Source of the DNA: Camelus dromedarius
Taxonomy: Eukaryota
Direction: 5' to 3'
DNA: 64,000 bases
NCBI RefSeq assembly: GCF_036321535.1
Contig: NC_087437.1
Location: forward strand, 99,698,001-99,762,000
Part shown: in pieces, positions 59,076-64,000 of the stretch
How positions within the stretch are numbered: position 1 is the first letter of the stretch
Layout: each line of letters begins with the position of its first letter
Translations under genes and position numbers: made by a program
The notes under the pieces: model-generated
The model's database searches: none
The model's input: the letters and a program-made list of their open reading frames with translations, nothing else
What the model was told of the DNA's origin: nothing

Positions 59076-60110
59076 ATAGCTAAATTCTGATGGTAAGCAC
59101 ATTTAAGAATAGAAAAATGCTAGCTTGTGATCTGTTGAAAGATGACTGGAGGTTCCCTTCAAACAAACAAGTCTGGTGGTTTTACAATATTGGTGGATTA
59201 GATGATCGCCTCAATTCTCAAAGGCTGGGGTCAAGGCTATTGCATATTGGCAACCTATTGTCTCATCCTTTGGTGTCTCAGTGGATGTCCAGTAAACTTT
59301 GATAATTGAAAGAAAGAAAGCAAAAGCCCAAATGAACTGACAGATCTTAGGCTTAAACCACTGACTGGATGCAATCTACATTTTATGTTGCTGTTGTTAG
59401 TGTCTGGAGAAATGGCAGCCCACACGAGAGGAGCACGCATGATAGGCAAGGGTCTTTGATGTTAAGGGTAGAATAGAAGTTAGTGGGATTGGACAGAAAG
59501 GGAGAGAAACCTCCTTTTCCCCATCTGAGTTTAAGTCAGGTGAAAAAGTGATGAAGATGGGCAAATGGAATGCTAATGTTATCTTCATTAAACCAGGCTG
59601 CTTATATGAATAGCAATGAGTTTCCAAACACTGAAACTCAGAATTATCTGGTCTTCCCATTCACACTCAGAGTGAATACAGACTCACACTGAGGCTCTGC
59701 TCTGCCAGAAAGTGTAGGCAAAGAAGCAGCATGTCATATACTTCCCGCAGGCAACTGACTCTGTAACTAGTTTTCACTCAAAGATTTCCCAGCTGGAATT
59801 CAGTTCTCCACTTCAAAGCAGAAGTGAGTGAAGAAGTAGGGAGAAGCTGTGGGTTTCATGCTAGTGGTTGTCACTCCACGTGGAGATACAAAGAAAGGGG
59901 CAGAAATGTTTCCTTAAGAATAGGCACCAAATCATGGAAGACGGGATGATGTTCCTGGCCCTTAGAACTTAGAGATAAAAATAGAGGTCATGTGACTTTT
60001 CTGGAGTGAATGGACTAGGACACAGTAATGTTTTATTATCAGTGAGAGAAAAGGAAGTCTGGAACTGCTGATGAGTTTGTGATCTGGATATTGTCTTCTG
60101 GAAATTTCTA

Positions 60111-60648
60111 TGTGTCAGTTATCCATGTCACAATAATACTGTCGTGGTAACACCACAAAACAAACAACCACAAAACTTCCATGGTAATCAACAATAATTG
60201 TCCACTGTGCACACACCTGTAATTAAGTGGGGGTCAGCTAAGGGGCTCTGCTAACCTTAGCCGCGCTCACTCAGATACCTGGAGCTCAGCTGGCTGTTTG
60301 GCTGATGTAGTCTGGCTCTTGCTGGGGTGACCAGGGCAACTTGGCATTTGTCATGTGCCATTTAAGCCCAGTAGGCTGACCCAGACTAACCTCCGGCAAA
60401 GGCAAAGACTTAAGAAAGAGGAAACTGAAACATGCAAGACCTCTTATTGTGTAGGTTCAAAACAGGAACACTTGCACTTCTGAATCATCCCATGGACAAA
60501 AGCAAAACACATGGCCAAATTCAGAATGAAGCGATGGGGAAATACAGCCCCTGCCCCCCCTTTTCAAAAGGGACTGCATGGTCACAAGGCAAAGGGCATG
60601 GATGTAGCAAGAGGGGAAGAACTGGGGCCATGAATACAGTCTACCACA
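60111..60648 (-). mobile_element. MLT1H-like MaLR solo LTR
   Basis: TGTGTCAGTTATC...AACAACCACAAAACT...CTCACTCAGATACCTGG...CAAAAGCAAAACACATGGCCAA...GCAAAGGGCATGGATG...TCTACCACA. Confidence 0.8.
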
Positions 60649-61487
60649 ATGTAGGTTTGAGGCAGTGACTGGATTTCTAAAAAAATCTAAATACTGCTAG
60701 AAGAAAGATGCAGAAATAGTGAAAAGTACAGCTGACTTCTCCTTGCCCCTAACATTTACAACATATCCAGTGTACCATCATCATTATCTCCTGGATAATC
60801 ACTGCTATATGAACATGGCACCAGATACATTGTATAAAAACAAGATTTTTTAAAACTATAAAGACTTCGTCACCATATAATCATTCACTATAAGATGCTG
60901 AAACACTTCTTAGATCAATGGGAACTCAGAATTCCTGATGATTCCTGGTAGGGAGGTAATCATACTCAGGTCTAGCTTATGTAGGAGAATGTAAACCAAA
61001 CCCAGAAAATTAGGAAACTACCTACTTGTCCAAAAGAGGGGATCACAACTGAAACACAGGATACACACGAGTAAGAATCATCGTACAGCCAGATTGGCAG
61101 TCACAGGAGAAATTCAGGGGCTCAGCTGCAGGAATGATAAGTCTGGTCCATAGGGTTCAGAGTCACATACATGATGCCAGGGATCCAGGATATCAATGAC
61201 AAAGAGAAACAAGAATCTTAAACAGCAAGTGTTGATAGCGCTGGTCCCCCCCAACCTCAGCTCACACATTATTAATCCCTTCACCTGCCAGGTGGGCTGC
61301 TTCCTAAAAAGTCTCAACACAAGCTTTTTAGTTAGATTTTACTCAGAGTTACAGGAAAAAAAGTGCTTGCCAAGAACATTAACATAAGAAGATTCAATTT
61401 TATGTGCTAAAATGAAAAACACACTCATTGTAGATGAGGGAAGAGTATAAAAAAGGAAAGTGAACAGTTAATAGCAAGAGACCTGAA

Positions 61488-61558
61488 TGGGAGGGAGAGA
61501 GGAAGAAGGAAAGAAGGAAGGAAAGAAGGAAGGGAGGGAGGGAGGGAGGGAGGAGGAA
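61488..61558. repeat. (GGAA)n/(GGGA)n polypurine tract
   Basis: Direct reading. Confidence 0.9.
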
Positions 61559-64000
61559 TGAGTCGGGATTAAAACAAGAGGAACAAATGATGGATGGAAG
61601 AGTCATATTAAATTAGGGCATGAGCAGCTCTCTTTACAAATATAAAAAAATAAGATTATACATTTCCCTTCTTATTGCTTGAATTTTTCTTATTCACCAT
61701 GGTAGAGAGGAAAAATGATGACAGGGGTTGGGTATCAGGGGAACTCAGGCCACCATTTGGTCTGAGACTGGTTCTGAACTTGAGTATGCATTTGACAAAA
61801 CATACATACTGTATATAAAATCTCCATGGGGTCAATAAATTTAATTCCAGTGAATGTGTTTTATATCAGTGAGTGTGTAGAGCAGGTCTATAGTGAGAAT
61901 GCATTACACCCATGAGTATATATTATGGCTGTGCATTACAATAAAGATTATGGCATTGTTGGGTTAAATTACAACTTACTTACTCTGTTTAAAGGGAATC
62001 CAGCTAAAACTATCAAGAGACGTGGCCAGGCCCTTTGAGTAGATAAATGACAAGAATAGACAAAAACTGTAGCTTTTCCATTGTATCAGCAATATGTACC
62101 CTGAAAACCTGTCTAGATAATTTAACTACTGCCTATGTAGAAAAAAGATAGATTTATAATACTTTTTAGGCCAAAGACTGCAGTTGAAATTCTTTAATGA
62201 TATCTGTCCAGTCTGTGCCATCCAATTCATTTTCTCCCTAGGAGAAATTACTTGGGTCAAAAGTCATTGGTTTAAGTCCCTAGGTATATTATGAGACACA
62301 GAATGTTAAACTCAAATGCCATTATCAACTTTCTGATAAAGACTTTTGTCCCAGAAATTCTAATTTTGCGGTTATAGTGATTAATGAGTTTTGTGGAGAT
62401 TTAGGCTCTCACTCCTACACTTGAATTACTGACTCAGTAGAAATCAGTGTCACAACCCAGTTACTCTGCTAGTGTGCCGGCATTTTTTTCTCCTTTGGCT
62501 TAGCCTGTCTAGATAAGTTATTCTCATACGTTGCTTCCCAAGAATGTCAATGAACTTTCTCTTTCATGCATTTTTCGGAAATGCAGCCTATTGAGAGAAA
62601 CAAGTATCCACTCTTAACTTTAACTTATTTCACCTAAAATCTATAAAGCATCCATCTCTTTGAAGATTGTTATGGGCTTATATTTCAATTTGGTAAGCCG
62701 TGTCTTTCCAGTAAGTCTGATGCTATTTGCAAATCAATCCTAGACCTATAAAACACAAGTAGAAGTTGACAGGACCTGGAGCAGAATCAATTTTCTCTTT
62801 AATAGATGTGTGGATCAATTGTGACGATAGATGTATCCTGACATTATTTAATCAGAATTTATGTTTACCATCTGGGCAGTTCTTGAGAACTCATATGCAA
62901 AGTTTTCACTTTGTAGGTTTTGTAAACTAAATGTTTCATACCAGGTTAAATTTGCATGAGCTTCAAAGGGAAGTGGAACTCTTCAAGTAGTGGAATGTAT
63001 GTTTCAGTGAAAAAATAGGCATCTAAAGCCATGATGGGTTGTCCAAGGAAAAGTCTCATCTTTGCAATGCTCCCCAGCTAACATAACTGTCTGGTTCTGT
63101 GAAAGATGAGACACAGATTGTATTTATCGTATGTATTTATTCCACATATGATATTAAGTAACTGACATGTGTCAGATATCATGCTAATTAGATTTAAGAT
63201 GATATGTCTTTTCACTCCCAGTATTTTTCACAGAGTCCTATCATGGAGGATGTGTAAAATGTTGTTATATTGTCCCCTCTTTTGTGAAGTTTAGTTGCTC
63301 TATGCTTTATATCATGATATTATTATGCAAAATTGAATTTTTGGATAAATTCTGCTACAAATCATCTGATACATTATAAAACCAAATAGAAATTTTCTCA
63401 GGACTTGAGGCTGTTGTGAAAGGTTAGTGCCACTGTAATTCTTCATTAGAACAAATTATTGAGAAGTGGCTGAATTGCCGTAACCTGAGGTTTTACTCCC
63501 TATAAGAGCCTGAACTGACATTTTAAATTTAGGCCAGTCTGTTTTTTGCAGGACCGAATATATTGAGGTAGCCCTCTGGTGAGATTTGAAAAGTGCTAGA
63601 AAAATCTCTCCTGTTCCCAAATACGTTCATCACAGCACTGAAAATGACCACATGAAAAGTTCTGTCCTTGAGGTTAAAATTTTCACTCCAAAATTTGCTT
63701 TGAGATAAAAGTACTCTAGAAAAGAAGTTTATTTATGTTTTATTAGTCCTTAATACAGTTATAATTAGTAGAGTAGATACAGAATAGGACACAGAACTGT
63801 TACCCCAAAGGTAAAGACCCTGGTTCTTGTCATACCTGAAAGACAAGTTGGCAGTTGGGAGATGGTGTGTTGTGTAGCAAAAGATTTTTAAAGATTTATT
63901 TGAAAAGAAAGGAAAGGTACACGCCCAAGAATGGGAGGCGGGCTGATCCAAGGGAGGATAAAGCAGCAGTGTCTGTCTTCCTTTCTCTCACACCCTCACT

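Noticed and set aside
62241..62283. 42-nt in-frame + strand coding exon
   Set aside because: Weak donor (GTATAT), no recognisable peptide and no partner exons.
1..64000. CRISPR array, operon, intact retroelement or non-retroviral endogenous viral element
   Set aside because: This is mammalian DNA with no regularly spaced repeats, no ORF above 157 aa, and no viral or RT/integrase motifs recognisable in the ORF track. A very decayed viral insertion cannot be excluded without tBLASTn.

Overview
AT-rich, CpG-depleted eutherian genomic DNA, probably intergenic or deep intronic, with no protein-coding exon I can recognise. It is most likely from a camelid (camel/alpaca lineage), judged from two Vic-1-type tRNA-derived SINEs and artiodactyl-type L1 3' ends. 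Much of the window is decayed interspersed repeat: L1, L2, MIR, MaLR/MLT1 and MER21 LTRs, MER3/5/20/58 hAT MITEs and a deleted Tigger1, with several nested insertions that keep their target-site duplications (TSDs). The clearest discrete element is a 37-nt tailless U6 snRNA retrocopy with a perfect 15-bp TSD (34955-35021). The most interesting unexplained unique sequence is a CpG-retaining patch at about 1.72-2.0 kb, with MYB-type motifs, two adjacent hairpins and a splice donor. It is followed by a well-bounded candidate exon (2425-2731) carrying a 97-codon ORF and preceded by a perfect CRE, which may be the 5' end of an unannotated, possibly germline, transcript (inference only). Repeat subfamily names were assigned by eye from recalled consensus sequences, and boundaries are approximate unless TSDs or terminal repeats define them. 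I found no convincing novel multi-gene system.
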